Source of the DNA: Octopus vulgaris
Taxonomy: Eukaryota
Direction of reading: 5' to 3'
Assembly (NCBI GenBank): GCA_951406725.2
Contig: OX597824.1
Coordinates: 41,726,001-41,790,000 of the forward strand
DNA length: 64,000 bases
Below are positions 1-14,074 of the stretch, in pieces (position 1 is the stretch's first letter; every line of letters starts with the position of its first letter). A program made the position numbers and the translations under genes. The notes beneath the pieces are model-generated. The model was not told where the DNA came from and searched no databases. It saw nothing but the letters and a program-made list of their open reading frames with translations.

Positions 1-725
1 GAATGAAAATCAGAGAATGCGCAGATATGGAATTTGCTCGTCGTTTCTTTTCCGTGACCAGACCGATCCATTTTTCGACCGTGTTGTAACTTGCGATGAA
101 AAGTAGATTCTGTACAATAATAAAAAACGTTCTTCGCAGTAGTTGCACCAAAATGAAGCACCGAAAACCTGAGCTCTTCAAAAAGAAGGTTATGAGGACT
201 GTTTGGTGTTGTACTACTGGATTCATCCACTATAACTACCTAAAACTCGGAAAAACCATTACTGCAGAAACGTATTGACATGAAATTGCCAAAATGAACG
301 AAAAACTTACTCCTCCGTCCGAGACTGGTCAATAGAAGAGGCCAAACGTTCTTCATGACAATGCTCCACCACATATTTCACTAATAAGTTGCAGAAATTG
401 AGGGAACTTGGATACAAAGTTCTTCCCCATCGAGTTTATTCCATACACGTTTCTCCTACCGACTACCACTTTTTCAAGCATCTTGGTTTCCTGCGAGAGA
501 AAGAGTTTAAAAATGAAACCAATGCTGAAAGTGTGTTCAAGGAGTTCAGCAGCTGCAGAACTGTAGATTTGTATGTTACCGGAACAAACAAACTTGTAAC
601 TTGTTGGCAAGAATGTGTTGATTGTAATGGTACTTAGTTTTATGAATAAAATTTTCGCATTGCTGACATATATTGTGATGAATTTCATGTTTCAAAACGT
701 TACTTAATTTTTACTCTGCCTTGTA
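1..725 (+). mobile_element. Decayed mariner (DD34D-type) transposon, 3' part (runs off window start)
   Basis: Frameshifted motifs RVVTCDEK*ILYNN (~80-120), KKVMRTVW, LHDNAPPH (~350-375), SPTDYHFFKHL and a C-terminal WQECVDCNG; TIR-like end ...ttactctgccttg followed by TA. Confidence 0.85.
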
Positions 726-1039
726 TATATGCTTCTGAAAGCGGACATTTGGGCGAGTTGTGTGTGTGTTCAATTATACATGTAAAAGTGTGTAAGTGCT
801 GAAATATCAAGGCATAGTTTAGTGGGAGTTGAGGTGTTGGTTATGTGTGTGTCATCATGTGTATATGTATGTGTGCGTGTATGTGTATCTGTACGTATGT
901 CTCCGTGTGATAGTTGAGTTTGCGTGGAGAGGTGGAAGTGAGGAGGTGGATGAGGCCGGGAGTGTGAGACAAATGGGAAGGCAAGAGTAATGTAGAGGGT
1001 GTGGTAGATTTATTTGCAAATGTTTGAGTGTGAAACGTT

Positions 1040-1282
1040 TTTACATTGTCCGTTTTAAATGGTCCGAAATGAATAAGGGCCAAATAATGAAGGCATCTCA
1101 ACGATTCCGGACCCGCATGGAAGCAGTCGTAGAAACTAAAGGCAGAGTTATTGAATAATCTTACAGGAAATCTTATCAAGAACATGTGCAAATTTTTTTA
1201 TGACAATATATTTAGACTTCAGCAAGATTGTGGTTGTTTTATTAAATTACTGAATGTGTCCTCAAATACTTCTCGCCCCCTA
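1040..1282 (+). mobile_element. Tc1/mariner-superfamily 3' fragment (transposase C-terminus plus TIR)
   Basis: Reads WSEMNKGQIMKASQRFRTRMEAVVETKGRVIE*, matching the typical C-terminal FRxRLEAVxxxxGxxIE pattern; ends ...tacttctcgccccc followed by TA. Confidence 0.6.
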
Positions 1283-2204
1283 TATGTGTGAGTATACCTA
1301 ACACACCCTGTCTCATGCAAAAGCAAAGAAAAAACCCTTAATAATGGTATTAAGTTGGAAGATAGTCCTGACTTTCAATACACACACACACACACACACA
1401 CATTATATCTCTTTTTTGTGAGCTCAAAGTGGAGGATATTTTCTTAATTTTAACGCCAATCACTTTCTCATTTTTGTTTGCGGCGTTTCCATGTTTTATG
1501 ACTGAACGTTTCGATGTCTAAAACATACTTTACCGTATGGAACCAAATTGAGGCTGCGGGAGCAGCCTTCATTAAAGAAGCCACTGCTGGGATTTTCCGT
1601 TCCTTCAAGCACTTTTCCCTTTTTTCTACTAGCATCAAACAAGTCTGCAGCAACTCCCCCTTCCCTATCGCTTCTAGTTCTTACAATCTTTCGTGACATT
1701 TTCACAGTTGCCAGTGGAAAAGGGTTTCTTCTTTCTCACCGGGGCAGAGAATCGGTTTTTAGGTGTATGGCTTTGAGTGATGTCTACCCGCAAGCTCAGA
1801 GTACAAGATTTGCCTGACTATTATCGTATCTGGTAATTACGTTAATTATGTCGTAACCATCGGAGATGATGCTTTTTCAATTCTCCCGGTTTTCGGCCTT
1901 CGCGGCGTTTCTTTGTTATTAACATGGTCACCGCTTTTGTGGTTTAAAATCAGTTTTAGCTTTTTGTTTTTATTAAAACCCTCAAGCAGGTTTCGCAACC
2001 TCAGTTACGTGGAGACGACATTAGTTTGATAAATAATGCCTTTCAATTTGAGCCTCAGGCTTGTAAGAGTTACGGTGTGATAGGAAACCACAAACACTGT
2101 CAGATATCGATAGCCGGTTGTTGATGTGATCGATAAAGAGCAGGATTTGGACAAAATATTGCGAAGATGAGACTTTTTCGTTTGGTTCACTATAAGTTGT
2201 TCTT

Positions 2205-3735
2205 CATCTCTCTGGAGACCTTTTATTTTGAGAGGAACCTGGTTTCAATGTTGCTGGGCTACAAGAAAGCTTTTGTCCACTTGTAAATGTTCCAGAGAGC
2301 ATAGTCAAAGCCATAGCTGACCTGGTTTTATCCTGGGCTACCATCTTGAAGTTGAATACCAGGAGTGATTGTATTATCACTGATAAAATGCAGTATAGCA
2401 CGGTATACTCCAAGGAGACAGCCTCTCTATGATGCTGTTCATAGCTTCAGTAAACCCCTTGTCATTTGTGTTGAGGAGACTTAACAATCCAGATTGCCTT
2501 TGAATGTCGTATCATATACCTTTGGCAACATCTAACAACCAAGTGGCAAAGTGCATCCCAAGATCAAGTTCATTCAAGGGATGCACTTTGGAAAGCAACT
2601 CCTCGAACAACATTCTTTGTCTGATAACCTTGAATATATGCCCAAAGAAGTTGTGTGACTCTGCTTCAACGTATCATCAGATGAAAGGATTAGTGTATAT
2701 CAGTAGAATACCAGGCATGGATATGTTAGCAGAAACCTCTGAGATTATAGTAATATTGATAACCAAAAGCAGTCTATAAGGACCAAAATCGGATTACTAA
2801 CTCCCACTTTGAGGGATATGCGATTGCTATCCAGGAACAGGAAATAGCTACAAAAATACCTGATGCACAAAATGGACTGAGATGCAACAAAAACACCAAA
2901 ATCTGATAACCGTCTCAAACTTTGTACAGTTAACACCGAAGAAATCACCCACATCATAAGCAGTTGCCTAAAATTGTTATTGCGATATTATCTACTGATG
3001 AAACATAACGTTGTTACCAAGACACTGTATGATGAAATCTATCGGTAGGATAATCCTGAGGCCAAAGTGATGAGAACCCATAGAATAGTAGGGGCCATAG
3101 CCACTCATAATAGGAAAGTGAACTGTGGAAATGTTTCAGTGACAGTGAAAACCTGAATAAAAGGTAAGCGTAACAGATCAAACGTAGTGATTTTGGACTG
3201 AGAAGCGAAACCGTGTACAGTAGTGGAAATCAGTTGCCTAGTTGATGTTAACATAAAACTAAGGATGAGCAAAAAAGAAAACACCTACGCTGAACTGCTA
3301 AGAAATTAACAGTTGTTTTACTCAGATTCACAAGTTCAGGTTTATACCTGTAATTATTGGGGCACTGGGATATGTAGCAAACTCCCCACTCATTAGTCTT
3401 GAGAAATTTAGCTTCTCAAAATCAGAAAGGAGAAATTTAATTAGAAGATTACAGATTCAAGCCATCAAAGGAACTGTCAACATTTGTAAAAGTTTACAGA
3501 AGTTTAGCATTTGAGCATTAATGCGCATGTTTAGACATGCAACTATATGCATGGGAATATATGCATAAAGCAAAATATACAAATATGCACATGCACTAAC
3601 TCCAAATACTGCACACATACATTCAAACATGCACAAATTCCCTGCTCATATTAAAATTTCAATGAAAGAACCTTGGATCTAGGTTAGAAACCGGCTCTTT
3701 CTCTATTGGCAAGAAATCTTGAAATAAAACATAAA
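2205..3735 (+). mobile_element. R4/Dong-like RLE non-LTR retrotransposon remnant (RT pieces, zinc knuckle, RLE, 3' UTR)
   Basis: GYKKAF and GILQGDSLS..LF..SVNPLS (RT, 2250-2465); EGYAIAIQEQEIATKY, LC...EEITHIISSC, VEISC..DVNI and IPVIIGALG; many stops and frameshifts. Confidence 0.8.
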
Positions 3736-3745
3736 ACACACACAT

Positions 3746-3805
<60 letters not shown>

Positions 3806-3808
<3 letters not shown>

Positions 3809-5028
3809 AGAATGGAAAGAATGTTCTGCTTCAATTTCTTACCTGATCCCTTTGAAGGTAGTTTCTCTATACTTACGATAAAATAAGCATTAATTTATAC
3901 ATTGTAATGTTTTTCATCCTCTGCAGATTACTATATATAATACTTGTTAAATTTGTGTCGATTGTTACCTTTTAAAATGAGTTTAGAGATCAGACCATCC
4001 ATATCAGTCACTTTATACTATATCAATTCAAAAGGGGTACTTCAGCAACGGACGTGGCGGAAATATTATTCCCGACTATGAAAATGATGCTTTAAGTTTC
4101 CGAACATGCCAACGATGGCTTCATAAGTTTCGCTTGAGAAATTTTTCTCTCGCAGATTCCCCTTGATCTAGATGACCAGGATTTGTCAGTTTTGAGCTTC
4201 TGAAAACTGGAGTTGAGGAAAATCCAAAGTAAATTGCACACGAAAATGAGCAAAATAGTTCAATTTAAGTCACGCTTCGATGAGAAAACAGCTTTATGAA
4301 CTAGGAAAATTGTCTAAACTTGGTCAGTGAGTCTCTCATCATATCGCTGCTTCTCAGCTTAATCAAAGAGTTGCCCTCTGTTCGAACCTTTTCTGGGTAG
4401 AATCATCACAAGTGATGAAACGTTGGTTCTCTCAAATCTTATCAAACGAAAACGACAATGGTTAACGCCCAACGAAAATGAGGAATCTATTCCCAAACTA
4501 GGACTACGATCAAGAAAAGTTATGCTCTGTGTTTGGTGAGATATGAATGGTGTCATATATCATGAAGTGATAAAACAAAATAACTCTCAATGTGGAGAAG
4601 TATTATCGTCAAATGGAAGTATTGCACCCATCATTGTTCAGTCGTAAAGACATATTGGACTTACTTGATAATGCAAGACCATATATTGCTTAAATCACAC
4701 AGGAAAAAAGATTATGGCACTAAATATGTAATTTTTGCCTCATCTTCCCCACTCGCCTGACCTTGCTCTATCTTACTATCAACTTTTCAGATCATTGCAG
4801 CATTATTTAGAAGGAAAAACAGTTTATTATTTGGGTAGTGCTTGAAATGAGATATTCAGTGTTTCTTTGCTTCGAAAGCTGAAGAATTTTTTCGCCTGAG
4901 AGATTAATAATTTGCTAAATAGATGAAATTATGTTATCAATAACGAAGGAAAATATTATCTTTATTAATAACAAAAATTAAGACTAAAGAAGCATTTGTT
5001 CTATTCCCATCAGGACTTTTCTTTCCAA
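3806..5028 (+). mobile_element. Near full-length decayed mariner between CA microsatellites
   Basis: HFILYQFKRG, CQRW..KFR, FLGRIITSDE, KVMLCVW*DMNGVIYHE, LLDNARPY, PHSPDLALSYYQLFRSLQHYL; imperfect TIRs (tggaaagaatgttctg / caggacttttctttcca). Confidence 0.85.
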
Positions 5029-5195
5029 CACACAGACACACAGACACAAACACACACACACGCGCGCACACAGACACACACACACGCACACAGACACAGA
5101 CACGCACACGTGCCAAACAATTCTGAGTTAATGAAAGTAATTATATAACTCTTCTACATTTATTATTCTTTTATTAATTACTATTATGCTCCAGT

Positions 5196-5482
5196 GAAGG
5201 CGCGTGGCTTCGTGGTTAAAATATTTGCCTCACGATCATAAGGTCTTGAGTTCGATACCCAGTGATGAGTTGTGTCCTTGAGCAAGGCACTTTATTTTAC
5301 GTTCCTCCAGTGCATTCGGCTGGCAGAAATGAATAGTACTTGTATTTCAAAGGATCAGCCTTGTGTCATGCTGAATCTCCCTTAGAACTACATTAAGGGC
5401 ACGCGCATCTGTAGAGTGCTAAGCTACTTGCACGTTAATTTCCAGTTGATCCGATCAACGGAACAGCCTGCTCGTGAAATTA
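5196..5482 (+). mobile_element. tRNA-derived SINE (family A, CORE-like) with inverted 3' segment
   Basis: A box tggcttcgtggtt, B box gagttcgatacc, CORE-like tgtgtccttgagcaaggcactt; tail shared with 36874-37239 and 57337-57642; 5443-5482 is reverse-complemented. Confidence 0.8.
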
Positions 5483-5599
5483 CATGTGTTAGCAGCTGTT
5501 CAACATATCTCCCCAGTCAGCAATACTCGATCACTGGACAAACGCGCGCAGATCGCATTGTCTCTCTAAGCGCATCTCGTGGTATTCTATAGAGGATTA

Positions 5600-6457
5600 T
5601 TGGCGGATAAAAGCGACTAAGTCCTCGGAGGATCTCTGGACATCTATAACATTCAAGCAGCTGTATTTTTTGCCGGAGGACTTTCGGTCCAGGTCTAATG
5701 TTTAATTTCCTGAAACCCTTAGACTTGCAGTGATACCGGAGGGCATTTTCGATTCGGCATGAATTCTACAGGCATGGAGGTAGCCTCAGCCTCACCTGCA
5801 TGAGATGCGCGTAGAGATACGAAGCCACCCTGCACGCGCTCGTATAGTGCATGAGTATTGCTGACTTGTGGAGATATGTTGAACAGCTGCTATCACAGAT
5901 AAGATGGATCTAGCTATCGGCCGACTTCATCATGAAGATCACCCTACTACTTTTCTTTGACCAGGAAGGACAGGCAATTTTCCAATGTCAGGTGGCTTTG
6001 GCAAAAGATTGTGTGGTGGAGTGACTGAATGGGCTAAAGACAGTCACTTTCCTTTTTGGCCTAATCCTCATCGATTATTTGAAGTTCTACATGGAAAGGA
6101 AGGTGGGTGTCGAGAAGAAGGTGATAACTTCCAATAAATTTGCGAAACAGTTGGTGTCTGTAGTGAGAATGGCCCAATTGAATGGACTTAGTATAAGCAT
6201 GCGCCTGTAGGCTGAAAATACGGAAGAGTGACCAGCACCTATCATAGATTTCCTGGTGAGTAGGATGATTCAAGGTCTGTGCTGTTCCTAGTTGGCTCCC
6301 GAGTGGCATTTCAACCTTTTGATGACGCTTTTGTTGTTAGAATTGTATTAATTGACATTGTTTTTTTTTTCATTGTTTGCAAATAAATTCCTAGTATCTT
6401 TTGTTTTTGTATTGTCCTAAATGTTTTTGAGGCCCTTGCGGCCACTCACGAAAGAAT
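5600..6457 (+). mobile_element. L1/Tx1-like LINE 3' end (zf-RVT/CCHC region plus 3' UTR)
   Basis: TCMRCA*RYEATLHALV*CMSIADLWRYVEQLL, then VALAKDCVW..LNGLKTVTFL..YLKFYM; tail ...gtattgtcctaaatg...cccttgcggcc...aaagaat; clade assignment from recall. Confidence 0.65.
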
Positions 6458-6523
6458 TCTTGTTGATGTTTTTGTTGTTGCTGTCGTCGTAGTTGTTGTT
6501 GTTGTCGTCGTCGTCGTCGTCGG

Positions 6524-6573
<50 letters not shown>

Positions 6574-7716
6574 CACTGAATATATTTAAATATACCAGTG
6601 ATGGTTGGAGGTGAAGCCCATATCGTGTGATTTGGCGTGTGATTAGGTATCGGGGTTTTAGATGAAATTAGTAGGGAAACATATCACAGTGAGGAGGCAG
6701 TGGTAAGTTGAAGGAAAAAATGAAATAAAAGTGAATGAAAACAAGAAAGAAAGACATAAATAACTAAATAAAAGAAGAAGATAAAACATACAAAAAAAAA
6801 TGAATGAAAAAGTGAAAGAAAATCAACAACAGAATAAAGAAAGAGAAAGAAAAGAAAGCGATTTCGCAAGAACGAGGATTCATTCGCGAAATTGGAAGAT
6901 AGTCTCCTTTACAGCTGACGGGTGAAAGAATTAGGAGAAATGAAATAAGGGTGAAAGGGGAGGGGACGGTTGAAGAAAAAGAAGAAAGGAGGAAGAAGCA
7001 GTAAGATGCAGAGGTGGAGTTTTCTGGGATTTAAAGAAAAAAAGGTGGTGTTTTTCTTTTTGTTTTTCCCAATTCAATTCAGCGTGAGAGCGTCACAGAA
7101 ATGGACGGTGCCACGACACAGCAGGCGTTAGAAATAGCTGGCGGGCATCAGCGATTCAATGACGACACGTGCCTTTGGTGCATGCGGTCTGTGCATGTGC
7201 TTCTGTGTTTGTATGTGGGTTTTCATATGCATCTATGCGGAATGTGTGCATATACGTATGTATGTATGAGAACATACGTCGGTCGAATATTTATGTGTAT
7301 GTATATATATATGTAATGCATATATAGAGATACTTAGATGACTGTATATATACTTAAATGTATACACACATACAAATATGCACACGTATAAACCTACATG
7401 CGCACATAGATATACATACAGGCTAAATTAAATACGTATATGGACATGTACTTATGCATATAATTACCTCTATGCATACAATAATATTTTCCATGTATAT
7501 ATACATACACATATACACATATTCATACATTTATGCATTTTTGTGTGTATGTGTACATATACGCATGTATTATGTACATATGTATGTAAGTATATATGTA
7601 TGTATATACATATACATATATATATATATATATGTGGTTAAGCACACATACATACATGCATGCATACATACATACATGCATACATACATACATACATACA
7701 TACATACATACATACA

Positions 7717-7752
<36 letters not shown>

Positions 7753-7890
7753 TACATACATGTACATTTAAGAGACAATGTATGACTGAAGTAAATAACT
7801 TCAGCAATAGAAAAGAGGTCAAGAAACTAAATAAAACAAATAAACAAACAAAAACACTATACTAAGATAAATTAATGAGAGAAAAGGAAT

Positions 7891-7929
<39 letters not shown>

Positions 7930-8863
7930 TGTGTGTATCTGTGTGTTTGGGAAAGAGAGGGGGGAGAGAGAGTGGATGAGAGAGATTAATGTAAAGGAAG
8001 AATTAAGAGCTGTAAAACAAGGTTGTCTGAAAGAAATAGAAAACGTACATACGCAGAAAGAGAGAAATAGAGAGAGAGAGAGATAGAAAGAGTCGGAGAG
8101 AGGAAGGAGAGAGAGGGAGAGAGAGAGAGACAGAAAGAGTCGGAGAGAGGAAGGAGAAATATATGAGTAAGACAAGGAAGTAAAAAATAAGAAAAGTAAC
8201 AGAGCAAGCACAATACTAATACTATTAATAATATTAATATCTAATTTGTATATCATAAATAAATACAGAATAATAACAATACTTATGCTGATGACGGTAA
8301 TGGGGATGATGACGATGATGACAGTAATAATAATGTCAACAACAACAACAACAACGACAATAATAATAATACTAAGTGAAAGTGAAAGTGAAAGTATGAA
8401 AGTGCGAAAGTATACGGGATAGAAATATAATTGTGAAGGTGTGTGTGTGTGCGTGCCTGTATGTGTGTGTGAGTGTGTGCGTGTGTGTATGTCTGTATGT
8501 ATGTGTTTGCGTGTATGTCATGTGTGTGTGTGACTGAGGTGTGGTAAAGGAAGCTGCAAGCAAATGAATGTGGGCTGGCTGATGTAGCGGATGTTACTAG
8601 GTTAGATGATGGTGTTAACGGCATTTGGACGAACCGGTAGTGGTAGCGGTTGAGGAAAGGGTGTGGCTGGCTGGCTGGTTGGTTGGTTGACCGGTTGGCT
8701 GGTTGGTTGACCGGTTGGTTGGTTGGTTGGTTGGTTGGTTGGTGGTTAGTTGGTCGGTGGGTAGTTACTTTAGATCCTTCGCTTTTTAGGATGTTTCTCT
8801 TGGTGCTGGTTGAGTTGTAGATGTATGAGAGGGTGCAGAAAGGGAAAGATAGATAGATAGATG

Positions 8864-8897
<34 letters not shown>

Positions 8898-9065
8898 GAG
8901 AGAGAGGGGGGAGGAGGAGAAGGATAGAGAGTAAACGAAGTAATGAAGCGAAGTGAGAAGGATGGAGATGAGATTTTCTGAGAAGTTTTCGAACCTTCTC
9001 ACCTGAAGACAATTTCTACAAAAAAAACATATACAAATAACAACGGCGTCAACAGCAACAAAATC

Positions 9066-9770
<705 letters not shown>

Positions 9771-9992
9771 AATAATAATAATAATAATAATAATTATTAT
9801 TATTATTATTATTATTATCATTATTATTATTATTATTATCATTATCATCATCATTATTATTATTATTATTATTATCATTATTATTATTGAAATATTATTA
9901 TAGAGTTTGTTATCAGTAGGATCTGACCCCCTTCGGTTACGACACAGACCATGGGATTGCACCTAGAGAGTTACCCTCCCAGGCACAAGCCA

Positions 9993-11629
9993 GAGCAAGG
10001 AGGAGGAAGTGGACCAGCAAAGAAAACGGGATAGTGATGCAGTGCTACTTAGAAAGTGAACCTAAAAGAAGGGGCTATAAAAAGTGGATGTTAACACTTT
10101 GGGTAGAGAAGGGTATGTTTAAAGTGAATGATCAGAGATTAGTTAATCAAGCTAATGCTATTAGAAGAAAGTGGATGACAGAACTGGTGGTAGAAGAGAT
10201 CACAAGATAACTGGGAAAGAAAGACCAGGCAGTAAGAAAGACAAACAACAACATAAGAGATACAGCTCAAACCAAAGAAGAATATAAAGGACAAAATAAT
10301 AATAACGTTACCAATAAGAAAGGGACAACTGCTTGTGGTGACTTAAGTGATTTAAGTGAAGAAGATCAGAAGATTTCAGATGAGTTGCAGGAAGTAATGA
10401 GTAAAAAAAGTAAAAGAAAGCTTGCCAGCATTAAAAGGCACCAACAGACGGAAGGTACTAGAAATAACTAGCGAAATAGAGTTTGTTATCAGTAGGATCT
10501 GACCCCCTTCGGTTACGACACAGACCATGGGATTGCACCTAGAGAGTTACCCTCCCAGGCACAAGCCCGGGCAAGGTTGTTTATGGAAGACCAGCAGTCG
10601 CCCATGCATATCGGCCTCCCCTCTCCACGCCACCAGTGTTATCCAAGGGAAAGGCAACTGCCGATACATCTTGGCACCTGTGACGTCGCAACTCATTTCC
10701 ACAGCTGACTGAACTGGAGCAACGTGAAATACAGTGTCTTGATCAAGAACACAACATGCAGCCCGGTCTGGGATTCGAGCTCACAACCTGACGATCGTAA
10801 GGTTGCATGGTCAATTTCATAGGGCTGTTGAAGATAAGACAGACAGAGAAAATACAAGGCTGTGGATGACAAAAAGTGATATAAAACCGGAAACGGAGGC
10901 TCTAATATGTGCTTCCCAAGATCAAGCACTAAGAACAAACTACATAAAATAAAGAATAGACAGCACATCAGAAAGTGATAATAGCAGCATGTGTGGACAA
11001 AATGGTGAAACCGTACGGCACATTACCAGCCAATGTACGCCACTAGCCCAGAAGGAATATAAGAGACGCCACGACAATATAGCCAGGCTTGTCCATTGGA
11101 CACTTCGCAACAAGTATGGACTTGACAAAGCAAAAAATTGGTATGACCACAAACCTGAAGGCATTGTCGGAAATAGTAATGCAAAGATCCCATGGAATTT
11201 TATGATTCAGTGCGACCATGAGATTGAGAATAGGAAGCCGGACATAGTCTTAATTGAGAAAGAAAACAAACTATGCTGGATCATAGATATAGCGTGCCCA
11301 GCTGACAACAAAATATGCGATAAGGAAGAAAGAAAAGTCGAGAGATATGACAGGTTAGCTTGGGAAGTTAAGCAGTTGTGGTCGATGAAAAAGATAGAAG
11401 TAGTACCAATAATTGTCGGAGCCTTGGGAACAGTGAGCAAAAATCTCGAGAAGTACGTGGAACAAATAGTGGCTGCAATAAGGGTGGAGCACTTGCAAAA
11501 AACAGTACTGCTTGGAACCGCTTGAATACACTGGAAGTTGCTCGAAAAATAAGAGGTGTTACCTTAATTTACTGGTAGTGAACGACTAACACTGTAGTAC
11601 ATCTTCAGCGTTAGAAGCTGTGCAAAGGC
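9993..11629 (+). mobile_element. R4/Dong-like LINE with RT region deleted: N-terminus plus CCHC/RLE C-terminus and (TAA)n tail
   Basis: N-term RRKWTSKENGIVMQCYLESEPKRRGY...QRLVNQANAIR; ORF 10989-11525 has C..ETVRHITSQC, RRHDNIARLVHW, KPDIVLI, IIDIACP, K..RY..L and VPIIVGALG (PD-(D/E)xK restriction-like endonuclease). Confidence 0.9.
10500..10805 (-). mobile_element. tRNA-derived SINE (family A variant tail) inserted in the LINE
   Basis: Reverse strand shows B box-like gagctcgaatcc, CORE-like tgtgttcttgatcaagacact and terminal gtcgtaaccgaaggggg. Confidence 0.75.
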
Positions 11630-11673
<44 letters not shown>

Positions 11674-11702
11674 TGATGATGATGATGATGATGATGATAA
11701 TG

Positions 11703-11795
<93 letters not shown>

Positions 11796-11798
11796 TGA

Positions 11799-11849
<51 letters not shown>
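11630..11849. repeat. (TAA/TGA)n microsatellite between stacked LINE ends
   Basis: Direct reading. Confidence 0.98.
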
Positions 11850-11851
<2 letters not shown>

Positions 11852-12478
11852 TGGTGGGAACATAAACCACCCCCAGTGCTTGAAAATGACCACATCTCAC
11901 TCCTCTGGAACTTCACCATTCAAACTGACAGGAAGATAGATGCAAATAGGCCAGACATCATATTGAAAGACTTCAAACAAAGAACATGCCTCCTCATTGA
12001 TATGACTGTCCCAATCGATATAAACGTATCTGTCAAGACCTACCAAAAACTGAGCAAATATAAAGATCTTGAAATAGAAATCAGCAAAATGTGGAAGCTG
12101 AAGACTAAAACAATACCTGTTGTCATAGGTGCCCTGGGAATGATAGCAAAAGGGGCTGATAGCTACCTAACTCAGATACCAGGAAACCCAAAAATGGCAG
12201 AAGTTCAAAAGATAGTGCTCATGGGAACTGCTCATATCCTACGCAAAATACTCTCTATGTAATCTCAAGGTTTAAAACAAACATAATTTTCGGTTTAAAA
12301 AAAAAAAAACAAACCTTTTTTTTTTTTAGACATTCATTAGTACAACATCCCCACCCCCTAAATATATGGCACACTAGGCATAACAACAACATGAACTTCC
12401 AACCCTGTTGTCTCTTGAGGTCTCTGGGTGAGACTTTGAGCCAACTTGTACAAATATAAAGCAAAAGTCAAGCATAGA
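11850..12478 (+). mobile_element. 5'-truncated R4/Dong-like LINE (intact RLE frame plus 3' UTR)
   Basis: Uninterrupted WWEHKPPPVLENDHISLLWNFTIQTDRKIDANRPDIILKD..CLLIDMTVP..KLSKYKDL..IPVVIGALG..QKIVLMGTAHILRKILSM*; TAA on both sides. Confidence 0.92.
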
Positions 12479-12499
12479 ATAATAATAATAATAATAATA

Positions 12500-13350
12500 A
12501 TACAAAAAAAATCATAGTACCTAACAACTATGAAGAAAAAGAAGAAACAACAAATGCTGTAAAACAACTGAAATGCAAACTAAAACTGGAAGAACAGGAT
12601 AAAAGGATGGCAAGAAAAGTCTCTTCATGCAAATACTGGATTAAACTAATCATAAAAGAAATAGACAAAGCAAAATTCCAACAATGGTTGAGAAGCTCAG
12701 GACTGAAAGTAGAGACTGATGGATTTTTAATTGCAGCACAAGACCAAAGCCTCCCCACCACAGGTTACCTAAAACATGTAGTGAAAAAAACACAACTGAC
12801 TGCAGAATATGTGGAGATGGACAAGAAACAATAAATCATATTGTTTCTAGCTGCCTAGTTCTGGCTAAGAAGGAATATATTTACAGATACGACAGATTTG
12901 AGATCTATATACACTGGAAACAATGCCAAAACTATGGAATGACAACAGAAAAAAGATGGTATAGACACAGGCAAGAAAAGGTCACAGAGAATGAGAAAGC
13001 AACCATACCCTGGGATATGCCAATTTCTCTATAAGAAACGGAGAAACATTCAAAATACAAAGGCCTGGAAATAGAGGTAACTCGAATGTAGGGTCTAAAA
13101 AGAGAAACAATTCCTATCATGGTAGGCGCATTAGGTATGATAAAAATGTTTAAATGCATAACAAAAACACCAGGACTAACAAGTATATATAACATACAGA
13201 AAATAATACTACTAGGCACCGCACACATCCTACCTAAAACACTTTCAAGACAGTAAAAGTAAGAGCATCACAACAAACCACAGCACATACCCAAGGCACA
13301 CAGAGCTGCGCTCGGTAGTACAGTGAAAGCACAGGATAAAAATAAGAGTA
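12500..13350 (+). mobile_element. 5'-truncated decayed R4/Dong-like LINE
   Basis: WLRSSGLKVETDGFLIAAQDQSLPT, CRICG...ETINHIVSSC, IPIMVGALG, QKIILLGTAHIL; CAA/TAA tail. Confidence 0.88.
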
Positions 13351-13386
13351 TTGAACAACAACAACAACAACAACAATAACAATAAC

Positions 13387-13427
<41 letters not shown>

Positions 13428-13441
13428 TGATAATGATGATG

Positions 13442-13510
<69 letters not shown>

Positions 13511-13513
<3 letters not shown>

Positions 13514-14065
13514 GCCCTGATGCAGTACCAGATAGTGGCTCTCATGGCTTCTGTTCTCAACTGACTAGAAGTGCTATTATGCACATTGTTTTGTCTTGGT
13601 ATAAAAGATGCGCTACAGTAAATATTCTGCTCAATACCACAGACTTTCTTGTCAGTTGTTTGACCTCAACCAGGTGAACATGTTTGTTAGTGGCTGACGA
13701 TATATGCATCTCTCATCACGAGCAGAAGTAGTGGGGAGCATCATAGACATGTATTGAGGAATTGTTTGGGGTTTGGATAATTCACCTCAGGAAAAATGGG
13801 TGCTTTGTTCAACATCCTTATGCAATCCTTATTCATGGACCTTTTGAGCAGGATGAGCTATTCGACCTGAAGAAAATTCCAACTGGGTCCCACCTGCAAG
13901 GTCATGCGCAGTTTATCTTGATAAGAGATCACCATGTCGCGCACATATATTTGTGATTCATGTGCCTGATGTACCCTTATCAGATGGGTAGTCACGTTGG
14001 GTATACTGGGCTTTATATATTTTACCCCAGTGTCACTTTGATGGCATGCACCTGCTCTCTCACTC
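13511..14065 (+). mobile_element. ~555-bp non-coding TAA-flanked element, copy 2
   Basis: Homologous to 9236-9770 with ~20 extra 5' bases; ends ctctcactc-aataataa. Confidence 0.8.
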
Positions 14066-14074
14066 AATAATAAA

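Noticed and set aside
389-637. SETMAR host gene
   Set aside because: Only mariner transposase motifs with stops and frameshifts plus a TIR; no SET domain
3655-3705. Hammerhead-like ...aatgaaagaacc..ggttagaaaccgg
   Set aside because: No CUGANGA; gaaagaacc pairs with ggctctttc, consistent with an ordinary LINE 3' UTR stem-loop
5486-5897. Apparent MITE with ~45-bp TIRs (tgt...aca)
   Set aside because: The right arm is in-frame LINE coding sequence (SIADLWRYVEQLL) that continues past the supposed end, and there is no TSD; better explained as an inverted duplication
8995-9030. Minus-strand ttttgtag|AAATTGTCTTCAG|gtgaga possible 13-nt microexon; also a possible plus-strand acceptor at ~7082
   Set aside because: Splice-like motifs alone are frequent by chance; no partner exons or recognisable peptide; needs RNA-seq
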